Under the pieces are notes generated by a model that searched no databases, had not been told where the DNA came from, and was given only the letters and a program-made list of their open reading frames with translations. Made by a program: the position numbers and the translations under genes. From positions 36,294 through 100,293 of IMG/VR virus record IMGVR_UViG_3300022562_000520: 64,000 bases of DNA. One strand, written 5' to 3'. This DNA comes from a virus. Below are positions 39,609-49,290 of the stretch, piece after piece. Each line of letters opens with the position of its first letter. The first letter of the stretch is position 1.

Positions 39609-41360
39609 ATGGCAACTTTGGTAAGCGCAGGAGTAAGCGTAACAGTAACGGATGAAAGTTTTTTCATCCCTGTGTCAGCACCTACCGTTCCGTTGTTTTT
39701 TATTGCTACAGCAGACGAAAAGCTTCAGCCGGATGGTATTACACCAGCTGAAGGCACTTATGAATACGATGTTGTTCGTACTGTTACATCTTTGAGCCAG
39801 AGTACACAATTATATGGTATTCCACGTTTCCTTGAAGATGGTACAACAGGCGATCCACACCACGGCGATGCAAGAAATGAATATGGTTTATTTGCATTGA
39901 ACCAGTACCTTGGCATAGGCAACCGCGCATATGTTATACGTACAAATGTTAATTTAAATGACGATATCGCAGATATTCGCGATATGTTTGATGCGAAAGC
40001 ATTAGAAGCACAGATTGCACTTTCCAACCTTGTACAAAATTTTATAAATGAAAAAGATGCTTTAGCTGGTGACCTTCCAGGTACAACAGTAACAGTAACA
40101 GCTACAGAACTACAAGATCTTGCAAGAACCGCAATGGCAGACCTTTTTGAAGCATATTCTTTTGTTAACATAGAAACAGATTTCTTTGGTGCTGTTGGTT
40201 TAGCATCAGCACTTGATATATTTGCTAATGGTTATGATATGGCATCGACAGGAATATACGATGGTTTTGATTACGTATCAAGTAATATTGGTCTTTATCC
40301 AACTTTTCCAGGTGGTGGAACAATTGCTGGTGAATTTACGCCAACTGAAGCAGGTGATTTTTTACTTGCCGCTACAGATGATTTTAAATTTACACTTGAA
40401 TTTTTAAACGGAACAATGCTTGGCGCTAATGATGCCGCTCGCCGTGTTGCTATCGTAACTGCATTACAAGCATCTATTAATGGTAACACTGACATTCGTG
40501 CAGAAAACTTTGATTATAATTTGATATTGTGCCCAGGTTTTCCTGAAGTAGTAGACGAACTTCTTGCACTTGTGGCCGATATGCAAGACGAAGCATTAGT
40601 TATTGCTGATACCCCAATGGATAAAAGTCCAGATGGAATCACAAATCCATCTACAGGATGGGCTGCAACAACAGCACGTCAACGCTCTGTACATGTAGCA
40701 TACTATTATCCACACGCACTTGCTTCTAACCTTGATGGTAAGAATGTAGTTGTTGCGGCATCTGGTGTTGCATTGCGTACTTACACATATAGTGATAATG
40801 TATCTTATTTGTGGTTTGCACCAGCTGGTATTCGTCGTGGTACTATTACAGGTATTAGTGATTTGGGATATGTTACTGGCGAACTTGGTACACCAACAAC
40901 ATTTGTTTCTGTAGCATTAAATCCAGGACAGCGCGATGCATTATATCAATATCTTGCAAGTGGTGATATCAACCCTATAGCATTCTTTCCAGGAAATGGA
41001 TTTGTTGTATGGGGTCAAAAAACATCAGCACCTGCTGCTAGTGCGATGGATCGTGTAAACGTTTCACGATTAATCAAATATATTAAACGCCAACTTCGTA
41101 GAAATACGTTGAGTTTTGTGTTTGAACCAAATGATCAGTTAACACGCGATAATTTAAAAGCGGTCGTTGATTCTTTCCTTGGTGATTTGATTATCAAACG
41201 CGGCTTGTATGACTTTGCTACGGTTTGTGATGATAGTAATAACACACCAGATCGTATCGATAGAAATGAAATGTACATAGACATTGCTTTAAAACCTGTT
41301 AAAGCGGCTGAATTTATTTACATTCCAATTCGTATAGTTGCAACCGGAGCAGAGATTTAA
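39609..41360 (+). CDS. gp18: Contractile tail sheath protein
   Basis: LVSAGVSVTVTDES, WFAPAGIRRG, WGQKT, DRVNVSRL, FEPND, VCDDSNNTP and KPVKAAEFIYI. Confidence 0.96.
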   Translation: MATLVSAGVSVTVTDESFFIPVSAPTVPLFFIATADEKLQPDGITPAEGTYEYDVVRTVTSLSQSTQLYGIPRFLEDGTTGDPHHGDARNEYGLFALNQYLGIGNRAYVIRTNVNLNDDIADIRDMFDAKALEAQIALSNLVQNFINEKDALAGDLPGTTVTVTATELQDLARTAMADLFEAYSFVNIETDFFGAVGLASALDIFANGYDMASTGIYDGFDYVSSNIGLYPTFPGGGTIAGEFTPTEAGDFLLAATDDFKFTLEFLNGTMLGANDAARRVAIVTALQASINGNTDIRAENFDYNLILCPGFPEVVDELLALVADMQDEALVIADTPMDKSPDGITNPSTGWAATTARQRSVHVAYYYPHALASNLDGKNVVVAASGVALRTYTYSDNVSYLWFAPAGIRRGTITGISDLGYVTGELGTPTTFVSVALNPGQRDALYQYLASGDINPIAFFPGNGFVVWGQKTSAPAASAMDRVNVSRLIKYIKRQLRRNTLSFVFEPNDQLTRDNLKAVVDSFLGDLIIKRGLYDFATVCDDSNNTPDRIDRNEMYIDIALKPVKAAEFIYIPIRIVATGAEI

Positions 41361-41419
41361 GGAATAATTTGAACTTTATGGTAAATACATAAAGAGAACA
41401 TTTAAAGGGAAAAAGTAAA

Positions 41420-42010
41420 ATGGCTACAATTAATGATCAAGGTATCCCTGGTGTAGGAACAGGTATTCTCCATCCAAGACAGAAGAACCGCTGGCGTATT
41501 ACGTTCGCTAATTTGGGTGGTGGGGTTAATTCACAACCACTCAGTTTGCAAGCAGTAACTGTTACGCGTCCAGTTTTATCTTTTGATGAAGTTCAATTGG
41601 ATCGTTACAATTCCCGTGCTTGGGTTGCTGGTAAATATACCTTTGAACCTATTACACTTAGTTTCGAAGATGATGTATCAGGAACCGCATCACAGGTTAT
41701 TCAAGAACAACTTCAGAAGCAGCAATGGTTAATTGGTGCGGAAGGCCAGTGGCTTGCAGCCGCAGGTGAAGCATCAATTTACAAATTTGTAACATATCTT
41801 GATATGTTGGACGGCAATGATAATAGAACAGAACGTTGGACTATTGAAGGTTGCTGGTTCCAGCAAGTAGATTATACTGATTTGGATTATGCAGCTAGTG
41901 ACGCAGTTTTGATAACTACTACATTACGCTACGACCATGCACGCCAAGATATTGGCGGTTATAACCAAGGTGAAGGTGTTGCAACAGGCGGCGCTGGTGC
42001 CATAGGTTAA
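41420..42010 (+). CDS. gp19: Tail tube protein
   Basis: RWRITF, VTRP, AGKYTFEPITLSFEDD, WTIEGC and LRYDHA; follows sheath. Confidence 0.92.
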   Translation: MATINDQGIPGVGTGILHPRQKNRWRITFANLGGGVNSQPLSLQAVTVTRPVLSFDEVQLDRYNSRAWVAGKYTFEPITLSFEDDVSGTASQVIQEQLQKQQWLIGAEGQWLAAAGEASIYKFVTYLDMLDGNDNRTERWTIEGCWFQQVDYTDLDYAASDAVLITTTLRYDHARQDIGGYNQGEGVATGGAGAIG

Positions 42011-42052
42011 TAGATATCAGGGAAGAAAATTCACAAGGAAGTGAACATTTTA

Positions 42053-42079
42053 GGGGGGGGGTTTCCCCCCCTTTTTTCT
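42053..42079 (+). terminator. Intrinsic terminator
   Basis: G-run, TTT, C-run, then TTTTTT. Confidence 0.75.
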
Positions 42080-42121
42080 CTACCGTTTTTATAATAAATA
42101 TAGTAATAATGGGAGTTTAAT

Positions 42122-43483
42122 ATGGCATTAGATCCACGAAGATTTACAGTTAAATATTGTGCACGCGGACAAGTTAAAGACACTTCTGCCTCGGCAGAAA
42201 AACAATCGTTTTTTGCCGAGATTGGTGAATATGCTGGTAAAGTAGGTGATGTAGAACTGTTAAATGAAGTAGGTGGCGGCAAGGTTGCACAAGGTCTTCG
42301 TGATTTGGCAGGACTTTCTGATTCTATTAGAACTGGTGACACAAATTCCGCATTAATACCAAATTCCGCCGGTTATGTTTTTGACGCTGTTGGTATAAAT
42401 CCAAATTCCGCAAGACGTGCAGGTGATTTCAATCCTGGGGTTCTTAACAGAGCTACAGGTGCCGCCGAAGATATTATATCAAAAGTTAAATCTGGTGAAT
42501 TTAAACTTTCTGATGCAGCAGGCTATGCGCAGGATTTACAAAACTTGGGACAGTTGGCCACCGGTATTTTTACAGATGCCGAACCATCACCCGGCACACT
42601 TCGTGAAGTATGTGGTGCATCACCATATGCATGGGATATGATACAGTACGCGCCTAAATTTAAATTTCTTTTCATACTCCAAATAATGATGAAACCACAA
42701 TATAATAATATGGATAGTGCTGGAAGAGTATTAGCATTTGTAGTTAAAAACAGTACACGTCCAAATATAAGTATCGAGCATGAAGAAGTTAATATGTATA
42801 ACTGGTGGACACGTATACCAAAGCGCGTAATTTATGAACCAGTTACTATGCGTTTCTACGATGATAATCAAGGTTGGGGACATTATTTTTATACGCAATA
42901 TTTAGAAAATATAAGTCCACTTGCTAGAGAAGGCGGCATGGAAAAAAATGGTATGTTAAGCGTTGAATATCTTCAAGCACATAGTATGGGGAAAAACGGC
43001 GTAGGATATACCAGCACCGCATCCTTAACAGCATTAGAAGGTGAAAACACATCTATCATTGATGAAATAAGACTCTTCCACATCTATGATTATGGTAAAT
43101 TTATGAATGTATACCATTTCCATCATCCAAAAGTGTTGGCTATGAATCTTGATGATTTAGATATGGCAGACTCTGGCACGGGAAATGAAATAGAATTTCA
43201 ATTAGCATACGATGCACTACATATAACACCCGCATTAAGTATGTTAGATAAGAAAGAATTTGTAGAACAAACTACAACATCAGCAGGCGGTCGTTTCCCA
43301 ATACGTCCAGTATTTGAGCCTGAACAAGACATAAAAGCAGCACAGGAGTTAGATCCAGCAACCGGTGAAACAGCTAAAGGCACAGTAACAAATACTTTTA
43401 CAGATATTTACCAATCAACAGCAACAACTATAAGTAATGCTTTTAGTACAGCTGCGGCATTTGCTGGCTCTATATTTACATGA
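42122..43483 (+). CDS. Tail-tube-fold baseplate/tube initiator (gp54-like)
   Basis: APKFKFLF, VKNSTRP, YEPVTMRFYDD and LAYD form a tube-like C-terminal domain. Confidence 0.65.
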   Translation: MALDPRRFTVKYCARGQVKDTSASAEKQSFFAEIGEYAGKVGDVELLNEVGGGKVAQGLRDLAGLSDSIRTGDTNSALIPNSAGYVFDAVGINPNSARRAGDFNPGVLNRATGAAEDIISKVKSGEFKLSDAAGYAQDLQNLGQLATGIFTDAEPSPGTLREVCGASPYAWDMIQYAPKFKFLFILQIMMKPQYNNMDSAGRVLAFVVKNSTRPNISIEHEEVNMYNWWTRIPKRVIYEPVTMRFYDDNQGWGHYFYTQYLENISPLAREGGMEKNGMLSVEYLQAHSMGKNGVGYTSTASLTALEGENTSIIDEIRLFHIYDYGKFMNVYHFHHPKVLAMNLDDLDMADSGTGNEIEFQLAYDALHITPALSMLDKKEFVEQTTTSAGGRFPIRPVFEPEQDIKAAQELDPATGETAKGTVTNTFTDIYQSTATTISNAFSTAAAFAGSIFT

Positions 43484-43484
43484 T

Positions 43485-43976
43485 ATGATACCAGAAGAAA
43501 TAGAACTTATAGAAAATTTTCATGAATATGGTACTAGAAAGGGTGTTCAAAAAGGTAGATTTACACCAAGACACCCAGAAAAATATGTTGGAAATGTAAA
43601 CAACATTGTGTATCGTTCTTCATGGGAACGCTCATTTATGAACTTTCTTGATAATAATCCCAACGTTTTACAGTGGGGTTCAGAAATAATACCCATTCCA
43701 TATCGTAAGCCAACAACAGGAAGAATTCACAAATATTATCCTGATTTTTGGGTAAAGTATATTAAAAAAGATGGGTCTACGGTGCAAGAAATTATAGAAG
43801 TAAAACCTGAAAAAGAAACCAAACAACCTACTACTCGTGGAAAGAAGAAGAAAACACAACTATATGAAGGTATTACTTGGGAAATTAATAAGGCCAAATG
43901 GCGCTCGGCAGTCGCTTTTTGTAATAAATACAATATGCGCTTTCGTATATTAACTGAAAAAGAGATTTTTAAATGA
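43485..43976 (+). CDS. gp4: Head completion nuclease, T4 gp4-like (TnsA-type fold)
   Basis: PEKYVG, YRSSWE, WGSE, YYPDF, IEVKP, NKAKW and FRILTE. Confidence 0.9.
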   Translation: MIPEEIELIENFHEYGTRKGVQKGRFTPRHPEKYVGNVNNIVYRSSWERSFMNFLDNNPNVLQWGSEIIPIPYRKPTTGRIHKYYPDFWVKYIKKDGSTVQEIIEVKPEKETKQPTTRGKKKKTQLYEGITWEINKAKWRSAVAFCNKYNMRFRILTEKEIFK

Positions 43977-44416
43977 GCACCGAAACAAAAGAAGTAGAAG
44001 TAATTGTCGATCATCCACTTGAAGATATATTTGATATTGAACCTGGTACTACATTAATCCCACGTACTGAAAAGAGCACCGAACTTGTTGTGGCCGAAGA
44101 ATATGATGATAAAGATAAAGAAATAGAAGACCAATTTCAACAAATTTATGACGCAGCACTGGCCGCATTTGAAGATCAGCTTGCAGAAAGTGAAGTTATA
44201 GAAGGTAAATATAAAGCACGAAATATGGAAGTTGGCGTCCAACTTTTAAATACTGCATTAACTGCCGCCAAAGAAAAATCTAATATGAAACAACATAAAG
44301 ATAAGACCGCCGTTGATAAAGGTAAACTTAAAGGAAAAACGGTCAACCATAATAATTTAATAATAGCTGACCGTAATGATATTTTAAAAACATTAGCTGG
44401 AAAAACAGAAGATTAA
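43973..44416 (+). CDS. gp16: Terminase small subunit
   Basis: ARNMEVGVQLL and NNNLIIADRNDIL resemble gp16; lies upstream of TerL. Confidence 0.7.
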   Translation: MSTETKEVEVIVDHPLEDIFDIEPGTTLIPRTEKSTELVVAEEYDDKDKEIEDQFQQIYDAALAAFEDQLAESEVIEGKYKARNMEVGVQLLNTALTAAKEKSNMKQHKDKTAVDKGKLKGKTVNHNNLIIADRNDILKTLAGKTED

Positions 44417-45708
44417 CGTTCCATTATTTCTTTCATAGTTGCTTCAAAAGAATCCTCTTTTATATTTTCTTCTATTTCTTTGATTATTTCTTCTTCGCCT
44501 TTAATAAATTTTATCGTTTCTAAATCATAAACAGGAAAGTTTTCAAACGTAATTTCAGTATAATAATTTGAAGGTTCGCGTCGAATCATAGTAGTAGAAC
44601 CATCTTCAGAAGTTTCTTCTGTTATTTTTCTAGTTTCAACTTTCCCATATCGTGTTATAAAAGAAATAAGAGGTTTAAATGTATCAGGGTCTACAACTTC
44701 GTTGCCCATTGCTACTACATATGGACAATAAAAAAATCCAGTGTCAGTTTCACCATGTCTACCTTTATAACCCATTATAGCTTTATTACTTTTAAGGGTA
44801 TAATCACAATATATGTCAATTACATTATGAAGCGTACCAACATAATTTAAATAACCATAGTCTCGGCATGTTTTTAGTGGATCTATTTTAAAGATAGTTT
44901 TAGCTTCTGAAAGTATTTTAGCAAGAATTTCTGATACTATTAAAAAGTTACCACTACCGCGTCGTGTTTTTCTCGCAATTTCATTTGCACAATAGTTAAA
45001 ATTAATGATAAGAGTTTGTATTTCATTTTGTGTAATTTCATTTTCATTTTTAAAAATTTTACTAGCATCTATATCTTCTTTAGCCGCTAATGCCGATAAA
45101 TCCTGTCTAACTTCTTCATATACTTCTTGTGCTAATTCACGACCGCAACGAAGACATGTTTCTTCAGATATTAAACCTGTAGGTTCGGGAACGATTTTTA
45201 TATTTGTTTTTCTTGAACACGCTTCAACAGTACGACTAACCACTTCCATACTTATCTTACGTTCATCAGAATCTTCTTCTTTATATCCCAGTGAATATAT
45301 TAATCCGACAGGTCCAGCCATTGGTTGAATACCAACCAAGTGTTTAATTGCCAATTGATCTACAAAATGCTCTGTAATAGATAATAACGCTTTTTTGCGT
45401 GGTTCATTACCATATACATGATATGTTGAAGCTGAAACATATTTTTCCATATTTTCTAGGAGTGCTTCCTTGATTACATCTTTTTTAACAGGAGGATTTA
45501 AGTAATCCTTTATCATACTAACAACCGTGCCAACTAAATCTTCGCGTTGTTCCATGTAAGAGGTAAGAATTTCAGGATCTTCATTTTTACATTCTTCTAT
45601 AATATCATCATATATCCTGTTAATTTTATCTACGATTTCTTCATGTTCCATCCCACGAAACTCTTCCTTGGGTGTACTTACTAATCTACGCATATACATA
45701 TCGCTCAT
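44413..45708 (-). CDS. Divergent major-capsid-protein paralogue, inverted
   Basis: LVGIQPMAGPVGLIY, ANEIARKTRRGSGNF, GYKGRHGETDTGFFYCPY and ITRYG match the resident gp23; AGGAG RBS. Confidence 0.88.
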   Translation of the reverse strand: MSDMYMRRLVSTPKEEFRGMEHEEIVDKINRIYDDIIEECKNEDPEILTSYMEQREDLVGTVVSMIKDYLNPPVKKDVIKEALLENMEKYVSASTYHVYGNEPRKKALLSITEHFVDQLAIKHLVGIQPMAGPVGLIYSLGYKEEDSDERKISMEVVSRTVEACSRKTNIKIVPEPTGLISEETCLRCGRELAQEVYEEVRQDLSALAAKEDIDASKIFKNENEITQNEIQTLIINFNYCANEIARKTRRGSGNFLIVSEILAKILSEAKTIFKIDPLKTCRDYGYLNYVGTLHNVIDIYCDYTLKSNKAIMGYKGRHGETDTGFFYCPYVVAMGNEVVDPDTFKPLISFITRYGKVETRKITEETSEDGSTTMIRREPSNYYTEITFENFPVYDLETIKFIKGEEEIIKEIEENIKEDSFEATMKEIMER

Positions 45709-45834
45709 ATTTTTAAAACTCCTATATTTTATCTTTATTTATTAATTATTTTGGGTGCCATTCCAAATAGATTGGTATTTTGTGAAAAAATATACCTAAA
45801 TACATTAATATAAGTTTATTGATAGGGATTTTCA

Positions 45835-47391
45835 ATGGCACGTGGAAAGAATAAAAATCTAAAATCTCCTAATCAGGAGATGGAATATACTTACGAACAG
45901 GTTCAGGAACTGAAAAGATGTTCCCAAGACCCTGTTTATTTCATAAAAACGTATGTAAGGATACAGCACCCTAAAAAGGGCGATGTGCCCTTTAAATTAT
46001 ATCCATATCAAGAAAAAATGATCCGTGCTTATCAAGAGAATCGATATACGGTTGTTTTATCAGCTCGTCAAACAGGAAAATCTGTTACGTCCGCAGCATA
46101 CCTTCTTTGGTTTGCAATGTTCCATTTTGATAAAACTATTTTAATAGCATCAAATAAAAACGCTAACGCCATGGAAATGATTTTACGTATTAGATTTGCA
46201 TATGAAAATCTTCCTTTTTGGATTAAGCCAGGTGTTAAAGATGATGGTTGGAATAAACACGAGATTGGATTTGATAACGGTTCACGTATTGTATCTACTG
46301 CAACATCTGAAGATTCTGGTCGTGGTATGGCTATTTCCCTCCTATTTCTTGATGAGTTTGCGTTTGTTAAAGCTTCTATTCAGGATGAATTTTGGACATC
46401 TATCGCACCAACATTATCTACAGGTGGCTCTTGTATAATGACATCCACACCAAACGGTGATATGAATATTTACGCACAAGTCTGGCGTGGCGCTATTATG
46501 GGTACAAATGGATACCATCCTATTCATGTAACATGGGATGAACCACCAGGCCGTGATGAAAAATTTAAAGAGGATGAAATTGGAAGAATCGGTGAACGTC
46601 GATGGCAACAGGAATATGAATGTGTATTCTTATCTTCAGATGCTCTGCTTATAGATTCTTTATTCCTTGCGAATCTATCACCACAAATTGAAGCAATAGT
46701 ACCTAAGAAAATAGTCAATGATGTTATATTATTTGATGAAATAAAACCGTTTACAACATATTTGGTTGGTGTAGATCCATCAACCGGCAGCGGTGAGGAT
46801 TTTAGTGTTATAACAATATATGAATTTCCTTCTATGATCCAAGTTGGTGAATATCGTTATAATACAATGTCTACAAATGATTTATATACAGTATTAAAAA
46901 ATACAATAAAATATATGGAAAATAAAGGCGCTACTGTATATTTCTCAATTGAAAATAATGGTGTTGGAGCAGGATTAATTGCACTATATGAAGCAGATGA
47001 AGAACCATTAAAAACCGCAGAGTTTATTTCTGAAGTTGGTAAAAATAAATTAGGATTTACTACTACAGCAAGAACTAAAATGCGTGCTTGTGTAAATTTA
47101 AAAGAAATGCTTGAAAAAGGAAAAATGCAAATCCGCTCTAAAATATTTTTATCTGAATTGAAATCTTATGTTCGTTGTCGTGGTGCATATGCTGCACAAC
47201 CGGGTGCTACGGATGATTGTATTTCAGCAACGCTCATTGTTATGCGTTTAATAGAAGAAATTGCAGCATATGAACAGGCAGCGTTTGATAAGTTATATTC
47301 TGGTGAAATAGAAGATTGGGATGACAAAGAATGGGATGGATATGAAGAAGGCTACGATGAAAATGATGAAGGAATGCCAGTAGTTTTTTAA
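45835..47391 (+). CDS. gp17: Terminase large subunit
   Basis: DPVYF, LYPYQ, ARQTGKS, LFLDEFAF, TSTPNG, QEYEC, GVDP, IENN and TDDCI. Confidence 0.97.
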   Translation: MARGKNKNLKSPNQEMEYTYEQVQELKRCSQDPVYFIKTYVRIQHPKKGDVPFKLYPYQEKMIRAYQENRYTVVLSARQTGKSVTSAAYLLWFAMFHFDKTILIASNKNANAMEMILRIRFAYENLPFWIKPGVKDDGWNKHEIGFDNGSRIVSTATSEDSGRGMAISLLFLDEFAFVKASIQDEFWTSIAPTLSTGGSCIMTSTPNGDMNIYAQVWRGAIMGTNGYHPIHVTWDEPPGRDEKFKEDEIGRIGERRWQQEYECVFLSSDALLIDSLFLANLSPQIEAIVPKKIVNDVILFDEIKPFTTYLVGVDPSTGSGEDFSVITIYEFPSMIQVGEYRYNTMSTNDLYTVLKNTIKYMENKGATVYFSIENNGVGAGLIALYEADEEPLKTAEFISEVGKNKLGFTTTARTKMRACVNLKEMLEKGKMQIRSKIFLSELKSYVRCRGAYAAQPGATDDCISATLIVMRLIEEIAAYEQAAFDKLYSGEIEDWDDKEWDGYEEGYDENDEGMPVVF

Positions 47392-48035
47392 CGTGAATAA
47401 TGTTGTTTATAAACGTCTTGACTTAATCCAAGATCGATAATAACAGGATGTCCTTTATACATTCCCCAATTTGCAGCACGTGTAAAATCACCCATTGGTA
47501 ATCCATAATTACCAACAAGATCTACTAAACTATGTAATAATTCATACTTATCTTCATCATTAACAATTTCATTGAATAATTGTTCTTCTTCACCCGTTAT
47601 TCGATTATGAAGTTTTCCAGTTGCCCAATCAACATATCTAGCAAGTACTTCTGGTGTAAAACCAAATATTCTTTTAAAGGATTGTGGCGCAATTTTTTCT
47701 GCCTTTTCTGTATGAATCCACGTGGGTTGCTCGTGCTCTTCATCATAATCAATCATTGGAATGGTTATTCCTAATCCGGTAGCATAATAATCACTAAACA
47801 TTTGCGCTTCAAATTCATTTTGCGCTAATCCCTTCTTATTTTTAGCTATCTTTAAAATCGTTGGACGGCCTTCATACTCAATTTCGAACGCAACACGCGA
47901 AGAACCGGCTCCCATTTTTTTAGCCCGTTCCTGTGCATACCTAATCCTTTGAGCAAAGGATGTTTGCGGCTTATAGACAGATTTATCCCAATCATCTGGT
48001 AGGGGGGCTTCGGATAATAACTCTGATATTTTCAT
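47388..48035 (-). CDS. Protein-kinase-like enzyme with capsid-targeting-like N-terminus
   Basis: Gly-loop GAGSSRVAF, ILKIA, helix-C QNEFE, catalytic GDFTRAANWG and IIDLG; N-terminus MKISELLSE. Confidence 0.8.
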   Translation of the reverse strand: MKISELLSEAPLPDDWDKSVYKPQTSFAQRIRYAQERAKKMGAGSSRVAFEIEYEGRPTILKIAKNKKGLAQNEFEAQMFSDYYATGLGITIPMIDYDEEHEQPTWIHTEKAEKIAPQSFKRIFGFTPEVLARYVDWATGKLHNRITGEEEQLFNEIVNDEDKYELLHSLVDLVGNYGLPMGDFTRAANWGMYKGHPVIIDLGLSQDVYKQHYSR

Positions 48036-48057
48036 AGATATTATTTATCTTTTGTGG

Positions 48058-48087
48058 TTGACAAACCTATGAAAAATGGGTTAAAAT
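48058..48087 (+). promoter_or_regulatory. Sigma70 promoter
   Basis: TTGACA, 18 bp, TAAAAT. Confidence 0.7.
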
Positions 48088-48095
48088 GGGATATT

Positions 48096-49256
48096 ATGGA
48101 AAAAGACTTAAAATCACTATTCATTCGCTGGTATTTCAATGAATTTGCGGAACTTGATCCGCTCCATCTTGAAATGGGCAAAATATTTGAAAATTCACCA
48201 TATCATCGTGAACGTAATGTCGCGGTGCATACCAATATGGTGGTTGCTGACTATTTGTCCCGTACAGCTTCCAAAAATGACGAAAAAGCGTGGGTTTATG
48301 GGGATCTCTACGGTGCTTTCGCGTGTGCTTTTCACGATGTTGGAAAGCCAGCCGCACGCACAGAAGCCTATAAACCAGAACGTGGTACATATTACCGCTT
48401 TGGTGGACATGAACTTATTTCTGCCCGTTTATGGGAAGATTGGGCTGTGCGTAACTGGTTGTTTCTTCAGGAAGAATTTGGCCTATCAGCTGACGCTATT
48501 TACCGTATTGGTTGGTTGATTGAAAATCATCTTCCATGGGCAGTTAAAAAAGATGAAAAGTTGCGCACTATGGCACTTGGCGCTTTTAATATTATAGGTA
48601 CCGTTGACACGTTTATTAATGTTTTGAAGGCCGATTCGTGGGGTCGTATTTCCGATGATGCTGAACAAAAGAAAGCCAATGTAAACGCTTGGTGTGAAAG
48701 CTTCATTAATCTTTATAATATTGTGGTTAATGAATACTCTCATTCTTACAAGAACGAAGATGCACCCGTTTTATATTTGCCAATTGGTGCATCGGGAACT
48801 GGTAAAACTACACGTTTCAATGAATTACACAAAGACAATTCTGATGAAATTTTACATTTTTCATTAGATACTTTGCGTCATGAGCTATATGATCCAAACG
48901 ATTATCGGAACGCTTTTGCCTTATCCTGTGAAGATAGCCAATTTAATAATAAAGCAAATAAAGTTTTTATTAATATGGTTAAAACAGGCAAGTCCGTATA
49001 TGTGGATAATATTAATGTATCTAAAAAGCGTAGAGCATATTATATCCGCGAAGCACGCAGATATGGATATAATGTTGAAGCTATATTGGCTCCTGTAGAT
49101 TTGCAGACTGTTATCAATCGTCAAAGCACCCGCCAAGATAAGTGGGTGCCAGCCGAGGCAGTGGAAAGACAGTATATGAGTCTTACTTTACCTTCGTTGG
49201 GTGAAGTAGATAATGTAGTTACATACGACAATAACCTACCTAAAATCCCTGCGTAA
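48096..49256 (+). CDS. HD-domain phosphohydrolase fused to a polynucleotide-kinase-like P-loop domain
   Basis: YHRERNVAVHT, FHDVGKP, GHE..SA, ENH and KAD, followed by GASGTGKT, SLD.LR and VDNIN. ATG 48096 is the first start after the promoter. Confidence 0.85.
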   Translation: MEKDLKSLFIRWYFNEFAELDPLHLEMGKIFENSPYHRERNVAVHTNMVVADYLSRTASKNDEKAWVYGDLYGAFACAFHDVGKPAARTEAYKPERGTYYRFGGHELISARLWEDWAVRNWLFLQEEFGLSADAIYRIGWLIENHLPWAVKKDEKLRTMALGAFNIIGTVDTFINVLKADSWGRISDDAEQKKANVNAWCESFINLYNIVVNEYSHSYKNEDAPVLYLPIGASGTGKTTRFNELHKDNSDEILHFSLDTLRHELYDPNDYRNAFALSCEDSQFNNKANKVFINMVKTGKSVYVDNINVSKKRRAYYIREARRYGYNVEAILAPVDLQTVINRQSTRQDKWVPAEAVERQYMSLTLPSLGEVDNVVTYDNNLPKIPA

Positions 49257-49270
49257 GTGGGGATTTTCTT
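49242..49270 (+). terminator. Intrinsic terminator with GNRA loop
   Basis: AAAATCCCTGC-GTAA-GTGGGGATTTT. Confidence 0.7.
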
Positions 49271-49290
49271 TATGTACCATAAATAGATAC

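Noticed and set aside
45835-47391. Intein or intron in terminase, also checked in portal, capsid and helicase
   Set aside because: Normal lengths, continuous motifs, no intein splice motifs.
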